Assembly: GCA_965645245.1 (NCBI GenBank)
Contig: OZ287070.1
Coordinates: 2,666,001-2,730,000, forward strand
DNA length: 64,000 nucleotides
Direction: 5' to 3'
Source: Massalongia carnosa
Taxonomy: Eukaryota
Shown here: one piece after another, positions 48,005-59,775 of the stretch
Position numbering within the stretch: position 1 is the stretch's first letter
Layout of the letters: every line of letters starts with the position of its first letter
Program-made: the position numbers and the translations under genes
Notes under the pieces: model-generated
The model's database searches: none
Told to the model about the DNA's origin: nothing
Seen by the model: only the letters and a program-made list of their open reading frames with translations

Positions 48005-48185
48005 TAAATGAATAAGAATATAGAATCTAACTTCTAATACGTCTGTGGGTGCCAGAATTTGATCCCTTTCATACACCCAACACGAAAGCCTGCCTCATCG
48101 AAATTGACAATATTCTTCTTTATTTTGATCTGTAACGTCTTTAAAGCTTGTCTATAATCTACAAACTTTGCTTGTATATCTTTCT
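48005..48185 (-). pseudogene. pogo/Fot1 transposase fragment (first catalytic Asp region)
   Basis: KNIVNFDEAGFRVGC. Confidence 0.75.
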
Positions 48186-48633
48186 TGTCATGAAATCGAA
48201 CCAACCCGATCCAGAATCAATCCCGCAGATGAATCTGACTAAGCTCCCGTTCCTCTATTCAGCTTAGTCAGAATCTCATTAACTAAATCGAGTTTAGACC
48301 CCTCTCAACGGCTTCAGGTCAAAGCTGTACCATCACCATCAAAGCGTACCAACGACAGGAGAACCTCATCTCCACCTTTTATCGTCAAAAACCTCGTCAA
48401 ACCTTCGTGCCGTACGTCTCCTAATAGGGGGATATGAACACTGATCGAATCTTCATGCAAAGGGGTTCGAGACAAATATAAAAGGAAGGACAAGTTAATT
48501 AGATAGTTGACTCCTTGTCCGACGTCTTGTATAGCAATCTATCACCTAGCTATAGCCTTATTAATAAAGACATCTTGATCACCCAATCCAATTCCTAGGA
48601 ACATTAGTTCAATCCCCTGCCCAGTCCTTGACA
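48186..48633. repeat. Solo LTR with non-matching flanks
   Basis: TGTCATGAAA...GTCCTTGACA, homologous to 5119-5559; flanks TTTCT vs AGTAT. Confidence 0.8.
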
Positions 48634-50038
48634 AGTATGTTAGTGTCGGTGACCTTCTTAATAGCTATGAAAAACCGAATGTATGACTGAAATTTCTGAC
48701 GCATTTCATTGCGTACGGTTTTATCTTCCTTCCATGCAGGGGGGCGAGCTGATTTGACGATATATGGGCATAGCCTAAACAGGTGTATTTTCCCACATAC
48801 GCACTTTCTATCCTTGAATCTGGCCTCTTTTGATTGGCTATTCCATTGACTTGATTGGCTAGGCCCCGGACCTTTATTTTCGTCTTGCATTTGCTCCTGC
48901 AGCGAGGCTGCATTAGCTTGATTTCTAGACGTTAATTTTGCCTCATTCAGGAATGATTCCACTGCTAAACGATATTCCCTGGTTGTCTCGTAAAATTCAA
49001 CCGTCGTCTTAGCAGCCCTATGCTGCATTACCCAGTTTCACAGAAATTGGGCGCCCATTTCTTCCCTGATTGGAGGAATTCATTGATGAATTTGGTCTCG
49101 GAGCCAAATAGGCCCGTTACATTGAGCTCAACAATTTGTCCCTTAATATTCTCCCAATCAGCTACCCATGCCTCTATTTTATCTTTAATGGGCGGGGTTT
49201 TTAGGGCTAGAAACTTCTCATGCAATTGCTCTATGACTTGGTCATCTGACCGCTTATATCTTGCAGCCAGAATTTTCACTACTTCCCTAACCGATGAAGC
49301 CATCTTATTGGGGGGGATGTATGCTCGTGCGGACATCGGGAAATCGGGAGATGACTAACAGATCTTGATGATTAAATATTCGACTTATTGGTTACTTTAG
49401 TCTTTATTCGTCAACCTTTAGTCAGTTGCCTTTATCTATTGTACGTCTTGTCGTTATATTAGTCAGTGCAACCTGCATCTCAACAAATAATCGTCGCTCT
49501 GTCTTTACTTCTCGTCTCGATAAGCTTTATTATTCTCTTTACCTTGACCTTTTAACAATTCAGTCCTATATTATCCACTCTATCCTATCTTTACGTCCTC
49601 TTTAGCCGTCGTAGAGTAATGTTGGTTGTTCAGCTGCTCTCTTTACATGTCGCATCGTCATACAATGACTTCGTTGCAGCTTTTGTATCTTGCGTATAAT
49701 ATATCTTTATAATGCGCAACCCTCCTTGGATGTCTTATCGAAGATAATGTTACGCACGTTCAGTTCTCGAAGACCAACAGTATTCTACATTATTACGTAG
49801 TTTGATTCTCATTATTCTTTGAATTGATGATTATCTGTTACTTGATGACGAGAAAACCTGCTTAATGACTACAGAGCCCAAATCTTAGAAGACCAACTAC
49901 TACCGCGACGACATATTAAGCTCATCTGTTCTGGAACAACAGTCCCTCTTAGACGGAAGCCCTTCCTTATCCTATTAAAAAGCGCATGCGTTTAGGAAAC
50001 CAATTCTCTTTAATGCTAACATAACACAATAGGGTACG

Positions 50039-50208
50039 TGTGACGAAGCGAGACAGTGAATAGATTTCTACCATTGCGACACCTGTCCTCCCGAACCAAA
50101 GACACAATACTTAGTCCGCAGACCAAGCTCTATTCTACTATAACTGGGACTCCTGCTATGTTCGCTGTAGGTCCTGCTGTCGAGACCACGCATGGTCGAA
50201 CCGTTACA
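50039..50208. repeat. Solo LTR (same family as 20623-20793)
   Basis: TGTGACG..CGTTACA; flanks GTACG/TTACG. Confidence 0.9.
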
Positions 50209-50874
50209 TTACGTTATAATCCCAAACGTTAAGTTATAATCCCAAACAAAAACTAAACATCAAATCCATCGAGTCTAAAGGATGCAAGAGTACATGAAGG
50301 TCTAGATATATGGGACGTGCGATGGGGGGGCGCTCTCGGTCGCAATAAAAATGGACTCGGTTGGTTATATTAACCTGACAAATAGAGTCCACTACTTGAT
50401 TTGTTCATCGGGATATAGATTACACATGCCACAGCATCCTTCGTATGGACGGTGGTCAAAGATAATATGGATGATCGTATCGATAGTGGACAAGAGGTGG
50501 TTTGGATGATAGTCAAAAGATGGTATAGACGGTGGTCTGGATGGTAGTCAAAAGGTAATCTGGGTGGTGCTCTGGATGTTAGATAAATGGTTGACGAAAG
50601 ATGGTCTAGATGATGTGCAAAAGGTGCTATAAGAGGTGAACATTCAGTTCACGAAGAATATGGCGAAGGGCCGTTGCGGAGCGTCGATGAGCAGGTCTGG
50701 GGCAGGAATTAGGCTTTTCGGGGGTGCTTACTATATTCAGTACTATCATCTCCGCAAATAACACTGTTGTCCTCTGCCGTTTTCAACGCTTCAGGTCTGA
50801 AGTGCCACGGACTCGTTGCCGCTTCCATGATACCTGGTTACTATTGTTACAGGTTAACGGATACTATTATACTA

Positions 50875-51168
50875 CCCCCTGAACAATCCTGAAAACATGG
50901 GATTTTGCAAGGGCGGTACGGGGGTATGTGCTAGGGTGAAAACGGGCGTGGATACAGGCTTGTCGCCAATCAGACAGTCGAATCTAATGAATATTTGGGG
51001 AAGGTAAAATCACTAAGGGATTCGCTCTAAGGCTGTACAGTAAAAAATATTTACATGTCCTGATTGGCTCGAAGCCCTGGTTTTCCACCCATGTGCTGTC
51101 GTGTCAAGTCATCACTCCCGTCCTCCCCTTGCAAAAAACCCATGTTTTCAAGATTGTTCGGGGGGGGG
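50875..51168. repeat. MITE-like foldback element
   Basis: CCCCCTGAACAATCCTGAAAACATGGG..TTGCAAGGG and CCCTTGCAA..CCCATGTTTTCAAGATTGTTCGGGGG are inverted repeats; TSD unclear. Confidence 0.75.
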
Positions 51169-51435
51169 ATTAACCTTTTACAGAGATGATCTACAGTAAG
51201 CCAACATCAACTAACCCTAATCTAACAGCTAACAGGATTTTCTTGATCTAACAGGGGCTGTTTTAATCTAACAGGAACCGTTAGCATATCATAACAAAGT
51301 CAACGATCCTAACACGCTAGATTTGGTTGCAATGGCAAACTTGGTCGTTTTACTTTTCGCGTCGATCTCTTCTACTTTGCTCGTTTCCCAAATCCACAGG
51401 TATTGCATATTCCTTGTTGCTCCTTTTTTTCACTA

Positions 51436-53710
51436 TGTCAACATCAAAGGCAACCACTATCAACAACCCACAAAGAAGCACAATGGTACGAACCTCCCCA
51501 GGATGTATAGAAACCAACGCGTATCGGCTGACTTTGCATTTCCTTGGAGAACTCTCAGGATTTTGATGATTCGCCTTCCGAGGAAGACTTGCCTACATTG
51601 ACACAACTAAAACGCTCTCGTGCACAATTTGATGAAAATAACAGTTACGGAGACAACAAACGCTCACATCGCCTGTCTTGTGTGGACGAGTTGGCTGAAT
51701 CTAGTACTGGCAACGACTCAAGCGATGCGAGTTTCCAGCCGAGTGTAAATAGTACAGTCATGAATACATGTATCGGGTTCTGACTTAGAACAGAAAACGC
51801 CGATAACTAAGTATGTGGCGAGGACATTACGGCCCGGCGCAGGCCGCGGTATTCAATACAGCTCAAGTTCTCCATCTCGAAGGAGCTCCTTACGAAGGGA
51901 AACGTTCCCCTCGTCTCCACCGAGAAACCCTTCCCGCGCGCTGGATAATATCTTGTCGCCTTCACAAATACGCACTCGTCGAGGTTTGCCTGCGACACTC
52001 TCCTCGCAAACTCTCGAGATCTCAAAGGTCCTCCCGATCAAGTCTACCTCCGGCACAAGGGCTGGCATAACGGAGGACGAGACAGTCTCCGAAATCAAAA
52101 AAAATAGATGCTTATCGTTTACTCTGGGGTGACATATGGAGGCGAATCAAGTTCAACTCTAGCCCTGCTCATCAACTAATACTACGTGCCATGATTCCTT
52201 TTTCAACGCTCTGATAACGTCCGGACACGCGGTTGAATTATGTTCGCCTTGGGCGAACACAGAAGCCTCGATTGAGCAAATTAATGAGTCGTACTTGGCA
52301 GGACCTTGCGAAGCGTCTCAGTGACCTTCCTGGCAACCGGAACGTCGACGTAGCAGAGCTTCCCACCGCCAAAGAGGCTCGCAGGGTAGGTGAGGTCTTG
52401 CTTACAACGGATTTGTACATATAAAAGCTAATCGGAGACTAGATTTATGATTCGACAACGGATTTTCGCTCTCAAATGTTGAGCAAAGTGAGATTGCTTG
52501 TGGCTAACGAATACCCGTTCTCAGTTCAGAGCGACTGTCGAATATTCGTGTCCACTTTGCTAGACGATCTTCATTTTCTGTGCGAAGATTTATCAACGGT
52601 TAATATGTCCTAGTTATCTTGATATAAAGTTTAACTAACTTGCGATTAGGCTCCGAAAAAGCAGTTTATCGCGCCTATCTTGATAAAGGCAGTTACTCTG
52701 ATATTCTTCAATAACGACAATGACTGCAATTATGGACGCAATACCGACACTGCGCATTTTTTCAATCCACTTCGAGGAGAAGTGATCGTATTGATAACAA
52801 CTCTGATTCAACATGCTATTGGAGAGTACGAATACGGGCAAAAAAAGGTACAGGCTTTTGATGGGTCACAGCGAGAGAGTAAGTTTGTATCAATATAATC
52901 TTTGCTGAGTTGAGGCATTAATACTGAAAAGAAATCAATACTCGAATGACGAACACCTGGAATCAACAGTCCTCGGAGAGAAAGATGTTGTTACAAAGAA
53001 TCATTCATCGGCGGGTTATGCGTCAGACTGGACAAAGAGATGGAGACTTTTCGGCGGTCACAAAAGCTGTCCACAATCCATTTGCCAGTTCTTGACCATC
53101 TTGTAGATCTTGATGCAGGAGATGAAATGACAAAGTCGGTCAGGTCGACAGCGCGGCTTTCTTCGTTGACACCTTCGTGTAGAACTTCGATCGTTCGTTG
53201 CGAGGAGGTGGACTCGGGTTTTTCGGTATGTCTTGATTTGTATTATGCTTTGGAATTATCAGTAACAACAATAGAAGGAAACCTCTTCACCTAGACCGCC
53301 GCAGTTGATGAGCCACGAGGTATGCAATCTTATTAACCGCGTTCTAACGTGGTATTAACATCTCTCCTAGAATTCTTCGCAACGTGGACCCTCACAATTA
53401 AAGCACAGCGCATCAAGTTCATCCTTCGTAAGTATTCGCTTTGTTTGTAGAATATCTGTTAGTCTAACGATTGCGTTGGAAACAGATTAACGACAAGATA
53501 TCGTCAACTCCAACTCCACTCGCGCAAGACGCAATCGTGACGACATATTCGGGTCAAGAAGATGCGGTAGATTACAATTTACGCATGGGAAAAGACGGGC
53601 GGATTCGGATGAGGTATGATGCAACGTGGAAGGAGTGGCAGACTGCTGTGGGAATGAAAGATGGAGAGTCGTTCTGGTATACTGTATCAACAATCCCAAG
53701 GCCGTATTGA
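51436..53710 (+). pseudogene. Multi-exon gene with DUF6532-like region, frameshifted
   Basis: Disordered S/R-rich N-terminus, then LHFLCED..FIAPILIKAVTLIFF..G..FFNPL..IVLITTLIQHAIGEYEYG..AF; several GT..CTAAC..AG introns. Confidence 0.55.
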
Positions 53711-54926
53711 GCTTTGAGGAGGAATAGAGTTCGTTTTTGGATCGGGTGGAACAGGTGCATAGAGTAATGATACGAAGAGGAAACTGGGCGCATTCTCAAG
53801 CAGATGAAGACTCTGCGAGGGAGGACGACAATATAGGAGAACTTACATAACATTATTTAAACCAAATCTTGATAATTTACTCGACTAGTGTGTCTTTATC
53901 GTCGTATCTTGCAGCATCAAGCGCTCGAAAAGGAAACAAAAGCAGTGCATTTTGACATACGCAAGATTTGTTACAATCGTTACTAAAACAACAAGTTAAT
54001 TAATGAAATTATTGGATTCAAATACTTACAATGACAAAAAAGAGTCATTAAAGCAATTATCGTCATTGGACAAAGAAAGGTAAAGGTAATCAATAGTCAA
54101 AGAGCAGCTGTTTACAGGTCAAATGTTCGACTATTCGTCAAGCGCCCATGTCAAACGTGGGCGCAATCGGCAGTACCTAGAATATTTCGGCTAATTGACT
54201 AATGTAGCCTATTAGTCGACATTGGACGATTTCCCGACAGAGCTCTTTAGTGCATTGTCCACTATTCTGAGTCCTTGGGCGACCTTCTCCACCTGTTTTC
54301 CCTTCATCTTATAGGCTGATATCTCCATTTTATAGTCCTCCTTTTGCTCAGCCGATAAATCGCCGTATTTCTCAGCCGATTTCGTGGCTATTACAACTCC
54401 ACCTTCTATAATGGGGTAAGCAATTCCACCTGCTGGCTGTGCTTGAATAGGGACTTGATATTGTGAAACTTCCGGATATTCTCCCTCTTCGGGCACCGGA
54501 TTTGAACCATTGGGGTCCACATATTGCCATACCTTCGCTTTCTCGGATATTCCTTGCAATTCCCTAATCCATAGATGATAATTCTTGGGAGTTAGGGCGA
54601 TCATCGTTACTTTGATGGTCTCCTCCATTTTGATCGTTTTGTTGGATCGTTTTAGGAAGAGGGTTTTATTCAACTAGATCAATGAGTAGGAAATTGAAGC
54701 TTCAGTTAAAAGGAGACTCTGGTTGCAGGTGATCGCATTGACTATATAGCTATCTAAAAGGAAAAGAGCAGACTTTTCACCGAAGGGCAAAGCACGCTAA
54801 ACCTAAAACCTTCCTAGAGAAGATTAGACTACCCGCTATCCACGTTATGAGGCAGTGAGCCCAACAAGCCATTATAACTATAATCGCAACCGCCATTCAA
54901 CAGTCCCCCTGCGGTGCGATACTACC

Positions 54927-57900
54927 TTACTCTTTCCATTTTTGCAGTCCCAATTGACCAATGAACCGATTGAAGATGGGCTTATTTAGAGGCTTGGTTA
55001 GGCCGTCGGCAATCATCTCTCCGCTGGGTATGTACTCGACCTGAATTCGATTTCGCTTGTGCAGGTCCCGAATGTGATGATAGGCAACGTCGATATGCTT
55101 AGATCTATCATGAATGTGAGCATCTTTTGCCAGTTGGATAGCGGCTTGATTATCTCCTTTTAACCGCATCGGGGAGTCAGCTTGATGCTTCAAGTTCTCA
55201 CGAATATTGACGTTATGACTGAAATATTTCTCGAAGCCTATGTCTTTCATTAGCTGAACGAGCCATAAACCCTCCTTAGCACAAGTTGATAAGGCCATGT
55301 ATTCTGCCTCCGTTGTAGACGTAGCGACCGACTTTTGCTTTCTGCTCATCCACGATATAGGCCCTCCTCCTAGCATGTACACGTATCCCAAGATCGATTT
55401 TCTTTCGAGCCTATCAGCTGCGTAGTCTGAGTCGGAATACCCAATGAGGCCTTGGCCATGATCCCCCCCAGCCCCATACAGTATACCGATGTCAATGGTG
55501 GACCGAACGTATCTAAGCAGCGTCTTTAGTGCATGACCGTGATGAGCAGCTGGATCACTGAGATATTGGCTCAGCCTTCCAAGAGCAAAAGCTATATCTG
55601 GCCGCGTATGAATTGCCGCGTACATCAGGCTTCCAACAGTTTGCTGATATTCTCTTTGATCTATGCGCTTATCATCTTTTCCAGCCGGTCGCAATGAATC
55701 ATAGCCGTTCATTGGAATTTCGGTAGGCCTATGTTTGTCAGCGCTCATATGTGTTCTCTCCATCACATCTTTGAGATAATGCGTCTGGTCCATTCGAAGA
55801 GTTCGATTTTTCCGATCTCTGGTTACTCGTATGCCCAGAACCTTCGACACTTCTCCTAGGTCCTTGATGCTAACGGCAGCATTGAACTCTTTCTTGAACC
55901 AATTAATCTCTTTCATCATTTTGGAGGCGATCACCAGGTCATCTACGTGCATGAATATGATGATTCCCTTTTTAGGATGAGTGAATAGGCATGGGTCAGA
56001 TGAGCATTGAATGAAGCCTAGTTTGGTCAGCTCATTTGTACAGCGGCTATTCCATTCTCTGGCGGACTGCTTTAAACCGTACAGACTTTGCAGAATCTGA
56101 AGAACTCTACCAGGGGCAACGTTTACTCCTTCTGGTGCGGTCATGTAAATGACATCTTTCAAGGTTGATTGGGTAAATGCGTTATTCACGTCCACTTGAT
56201 GACATTCCAGGTTTTCCATCGCTACTATGGCAAGCACTGCACGTAGGGTATCTGATCTTACCGTGGGGGCGAAAGTGTCCTCATAGTCGATGCCGTATTT
56301 TTGAGTAAACCCACGGGCGACTAATCTTGCTTTGAACTTCTCCAATGAACCATCGAGGTTGGTTTTTACTTTAAACACCCGTTTGCAGGTGACGATGTTC
56401 GTTTTGGGAGGTGGAACAACTTCTTTCCAAGTCCTATTACCGATGAGCGCCTTGATCTCGGTGTTCACTGCTTCTTTCCATAGTTCCCCCCACACCGGAT
56501 CATTTACTGCTTCCTTGTAAGACTTAGGCTCGGGTATGTTTCTTTCAAATGAAGAAGCACCAGCCGATAGGGCAGATTCGAATTTGAGATAGCCATCTTC
56601 ATCCTCGTTATTATCGTCGGCGAACAGCGCTAGAAAAGCGCGCGGTATTTTGAAAGCCGGTTCTTCGGGAACTGAGTCTTCATCAGATCGCTTTCGCTTC
56701 GGGATTGCAACATGAGAGAATATGCTAGTGCTAGCCTTAGGCACAGCTGCGGCTGGGATTGAATCATTCGCTATGGGCGACTCTTCGGAAGTTGGGATTG
56801 GTGGTACGTTTTGAGTGACATCATCTTTCGGGTTTGGTTGGTCATGAGTTTGATTTTGTTGACTAGGAACTTCCACATGCGAAAATCTTTCTACTAATTT
56901 GGCAGGTTCGCTGATTTTCGTTTCTTTTGTCTTTTGTGGTCTTCCTACTGGCCGTCTTTCTGGTAGCACGTTGGGTGTCTGCTTCCGCAAGTTTAAATCA
57001 ACGCTGCCACCTTTTAAATTTTCATCAAATTTTACGACATGGCTTCTGATGATTTTTCCCATGTCGGGTGCCCAGAGACGATACTGTTTAGTGGTCTCTT
57101 CTACATATCCCATAAAGACTCCGATTCTGCCTCTGTCCATGAACTTGTCTCTTCTGTCCCCCGCGGGTAGCGATTTGGGATCGACGTACGAATAGCATTT
57201 GCATCCCCATACCCTAATGTGATCAATGGATGGCTTGACGCCCGTGAAGGCTTCTTCCGGTGTGCTAGCATAGCCGTCGATGATCGGTCCGCATCCCGTG
57301 CGATTCCGAAGATATGCATCAGTTTCCATGGCTTCCTTCCAGAATTCGATTGGGAGTTCTGCGTCCTTTATCATGGCTCGCACCGAGTTCTCGGTGGTAC
57401 GAATTGCTCGCTCGGCGACTCCGTTCTGAATAGACATATGAGGAACGGTGTATTGCGGAATAATACCGATTGAGGAGCACCATTCATCAAGAGTAGCCTT
57501 CAGCTCGGTGGCATTGTCACTCCGTACAGCCAATAGTCTTTGTGCACTTTGTAATTCGACTTTTATTCTCCATTTTCGCAATTCACCTGGTGCTTCGTCT
57601 CGCCTTTTGAGTGGAATGGACCATATCTTTCTAGAATAGTTGTCCACAATTTCCAAAAAGTATGTGTATCCTTCTCGAGAGGCAGGCAAAGGACCGCAAA
57701 TATCGATGGAGACCAGAGCCAGAAGTGAGGTTTTTCGCTCGGTCGCTTTGCCTCTTTTATTGGTGAGCTTAGTGAGCGCGCATACCTCGCAAATGTGATC
57801 CTCTTCTTTGCTGACCGGAATAGGCTTTTCTAGGGTGGTGACCTTATGCAGGTTACGAAGCTTTTCTCGGCCTAGGTGAGCGAATCTTCGATGCCATAGC

Positions 57901-59594
57901 CTATACGTTTCAGAGTGTTTGTCCGTCTTGGTTGGGTTAAGTGCGGATGTTGACTCAATCTCGATTTCCATATTGTTATGTGTTATTGGACATGTTAAAC
58001 CCGCGCCGCGCGGCTTTAACGCCTCTGATGAAGACGAGAGTGATGCAATATCAACTTTGCTTGGAAAGGCAATGTCATGATGCATGGACGCGGTTAATGC
58101 GAATTCATCGAGATCCTTTGCTATTTTCTCGACGATATATACTCCCCCTCGCTGCCGTGCCTCCATGATCTCCTTGCCTTGCTTGTCATGCATCTTCAGC
58201 CCGTGCTGATCGAAACTTCCGATGAGGCCCTTCTCGCACATCCGCCTTCCAGACAAGAGATTAACCCCTAGCTTGGGGACATAAAGGACAGAAGAAAGAA
58301 ATCCCTGATTTCCGTGTCCATCCTTGATCACGCACGTACCGCGATGACATGCTCTCAATTCTCCCCCGCCGACTTTTATTCTTCTTTCTCTGATCTTTGT
58401 CAGAGGTCCGCTAAAGAGCTGAAGCTTGTCAGTCATGTGGGATGATGCGCCAGAGTCAGCTACCCATTTTGATCTGGGAATCTTACAGACTGCTTCTCTG
58501 GAGAGGGCCGCAGTTTCCTCGAGATCATCTAGATCATCGTCATTGTCGCCTGATGAGAAGATATCGTTCTCGTCCTCTTCTTCTGACTCGCCAGCGAGAT
58601 AGCTCCGATGGCGCTTGACGGATGATTTGCCTTTATTGACCTCTTTCTTCATCTGCGCGAGGCTCCTGACGTGGCTGCGAGTGCTTTCCAAGAATCCGCA
58701 CTCTTTGGTCCAGTGGCCGACTTCTCCACAGATTAAGCATCCCTTTTGCGAGTTGTCCTTGATTTTCGTTTCTCTCTTTGCACTTGAGGACCTTTCGTGC
58801 CGTCTGGATCGCTCCTGCCTGGAGTTGTTGAGTGTGCTTTGACTTCTGGATGGGTTGAGAGGCCGTCGCTGCTCTCTTCGCTGTTCTTTCTGCTTTGCGA
58901 GCAAGGCTAAATCTGCTTTCGCCTGTGTTAGCTGCATTTCTTTGTCTTCCAACCTTTTTATGCCAATTTCGGCATCTACTCCCCCAATTGCATCAATTCC
59001 GTCCCTAATGACCGCGTACTCGGCTGGGAGAGATTGTAAGAGTAATTGGAATAGTTGCCGAGTGGGAAATGCGTCTCGAAGTGTGGGTGTGGCCATGACG
59101 ACCTTGTCTCTCAACAACAAAAGTTCCCCCCATGCCTCCTGAACGGTGGTGTTCTCTTTCATTTTATATGACACCAGCTCTTGAAGGTAATGCCTTCCTG
59201 AAGTGGGAAGGATGTTGTTGTACTTGCTTAACAGCGAGGTCCACTTTTCCGCCGCTGTCTTCATCACTCTTACGCGTTCTTGATCGAATTGGCTTAAGCA
59301 GATGGTTATAAGATAGCATGCTTTAGCGTTGTCCTTTCTCCATCTTTCCGAATCGATGAATGGGGTTTCCGGGGTGAGGGGTGTGTCTGATTTATCTATT
59401 CCTTTTCCATCAAGGCTTAATTTGTCCATTCGCTGCTGAAGGTACGAGGAATTGGGCTGTGGCTCGCTTATTGTATGAAAGATGCCTTCCGCTTCGAAAT
59501 ACATTTCGGCCAGCTCGAACCATCTTTGATAGTTCTCCCTTGTCAGAACGGGCAAGGGTCTTCTTTTCGCTAGATCGTCTGCGATTGTTGTCAT
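54927..59594 (-). CDS. Copia gag-pol polyprotein, 1555 aa
   Basis: CLICGEVGHWTKEC, WVADSGASSHM, WHRRFAH..CEVC, RSDNATE, QNGVAER, FKARLVARGF, HVDD, YSDSDYA, ADGLTK. Confidence 0.97.
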   Translation of the reverse strand: MTTIADDLAKRRPLPVLTRENYQRWFELAEMYFEAEGIFHTISEPQPNSSYLQQRMDKLSLDGKGIDKSDTPLTPETPFIDSERWRKDNAKACYLITICLSQFDQERVRVMKTAAEKWTSLLSKYNNILPTSGRHYLQELVSYKMKENTTVQEAWGELLLLRDKVVMATPTLRDAFPTRQLFQLLLQSLPAEYAVIRDGIDAIGGVDAEIGIKRLEDKEMQLTQAKADLALLAKQKEQRREQRRPLNPSRSQSTLNNSRQERSRRHERSSSAKRETKIKDNSQKGCLICGEVGHWTKECGFLESTRSHVRSLAQMKKEVNKGKSSVKRHRSYLAGESEEEDENDIFSSGDNDDDLDDLEETAALSREAVCKIPRSKWVADSGASSHMTDKLQLFSGPLTKIRERRIKVGGGELRACHRGTCVIKDGHGNQGFLSSVLYVPKLGVNLLSGRRMCEKGLIGSFDQHGLKMHDKQGKEIMEARQRGGVYIVEKIAKDLDEFALTASMHHDIAFPSKVDIASLSSSSEALKPRGAGLTCPITHNNMEIEIESTSALNPTKTDKHSETYRLWHRRFAHLGREKLRNLHKVTTLEKPIPVSKEEDHICEVCALTKLTNKRGKATERKTSLLALVSIDICGPLPASREGYTYFLEIVDNYSRKIWSIPLKRRDEAPGELRKWRIKVELQSAQRLLAVRSDNATELKATLDEWCSSIGIIPQYTVPHMSIQNGVAERAIRTTENSVRAMIKDAELPIEFWKEAMETDAYLRNRTGCGPIIDGYASTPEEAFTGVKPSIDHIRVWGCKCYSYVDPKSLPAGDRRDKFMDRGRIGVFMGYVEETTKQYRLWAPDMGKIIRSHVVKFDENLKGGSVDLNLRKQTPNVLPERRPVGRPQKTKETKISEPAKLVERFSHVEVPSQQNQTHDQPNPKDDVTQNVPPIPTSEESPIANDSIPAAAVPKASTSIFSHVAIPKRKRSDEDSVPEEPAFKIPRAFLALFADDNNEDEDGYLKFESALSAGASSFERNIPEPKSYKEAVNDPVWGELWKEAVNTEIKALIGNRTWKEVVPPPKTNIVTCKRVFKVKTNLDGSLEKFKARLVARGFTQKYGIDYEDTFAPTVRSDTLRAVLAIVAMENLECHQVDVNNAFTQSTLKDVIYMTAPEGVNVAPGRVLQILQSLYGLKQSAREWNSRCTNELTKLGFIQCSSDPCLFTHPKKGIIIFMHVDDLVIASKMMKEINWFKKEFNAAVSIKDLGEVSKVLGIRVTRDRKNRTLRMDQTHYLKDVMERTHMSADKHRPTEIPMNGYDSLRPAGKDDKRIDQREYQQTVGSLMYAAIHTRPDIAFALGRLSQYLSDPAAHHGHALKTLLRYVRSTIDIGILYGAGGDHGQGLIGYSDSDYAADRLERKSILGYVYMLGGGPISWMSRKQKSVATSTTEAEYMALSTCAKEGLWLVQLMKDIGFEKYFSHNVNIRENLKHQADSPMRLKGDNQAAIQLAKDAHIHDRSKHIDVAYHHIRDLHKRNRIQVEYIPSGEMIADGLTKPLNKPIFNRFIGQLGLQKWKE

Positions 59595-59635
59595 TTTTGA
59601 TATTTGATTGTGCTTGTTGGATCCGTCGTATCAAG

Positions 59636-59775
59636 CTGCCGGGATTGCTGGTTTATCCTGCCACAGGAATCGTAAGGAGCTGCCGAGGTGCTGGTTTATC
59701 CTACCATAGGAATCGTAAGGAGCTGCCGAGGTGCTGATTCTTCCTACCTAAAGGAATCGTAGTCGAGCTGCCGAG
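59636..59775. repeat. ~42-bp tandem repeat (3 units) in the Copia leader
   Basis: GCTGCCGAGGTGCTGGTTTATCCTACCATAGGAATCGTAAGGA-type units. Confidence 0.85.

Larger units (their letters stand above)
49334..54239. mobile_element. 4.9-kb TIR element with 2-bp (GA) duplication, CMC/CACTA-like
   Basis: Ends CATCGGGAAATCG / CGATTTCCCGACA; GACTAA/TTAGTC subterminal motifs at both ends; excision leaving one GA restores the gag frame. Confidence 0.8.

Noticed and set aside
51209..51225. CTAACCCTAA telomere-like sequence
   Set aside because: Fewer than two full units; part of a local CTAAC repeat cluster.
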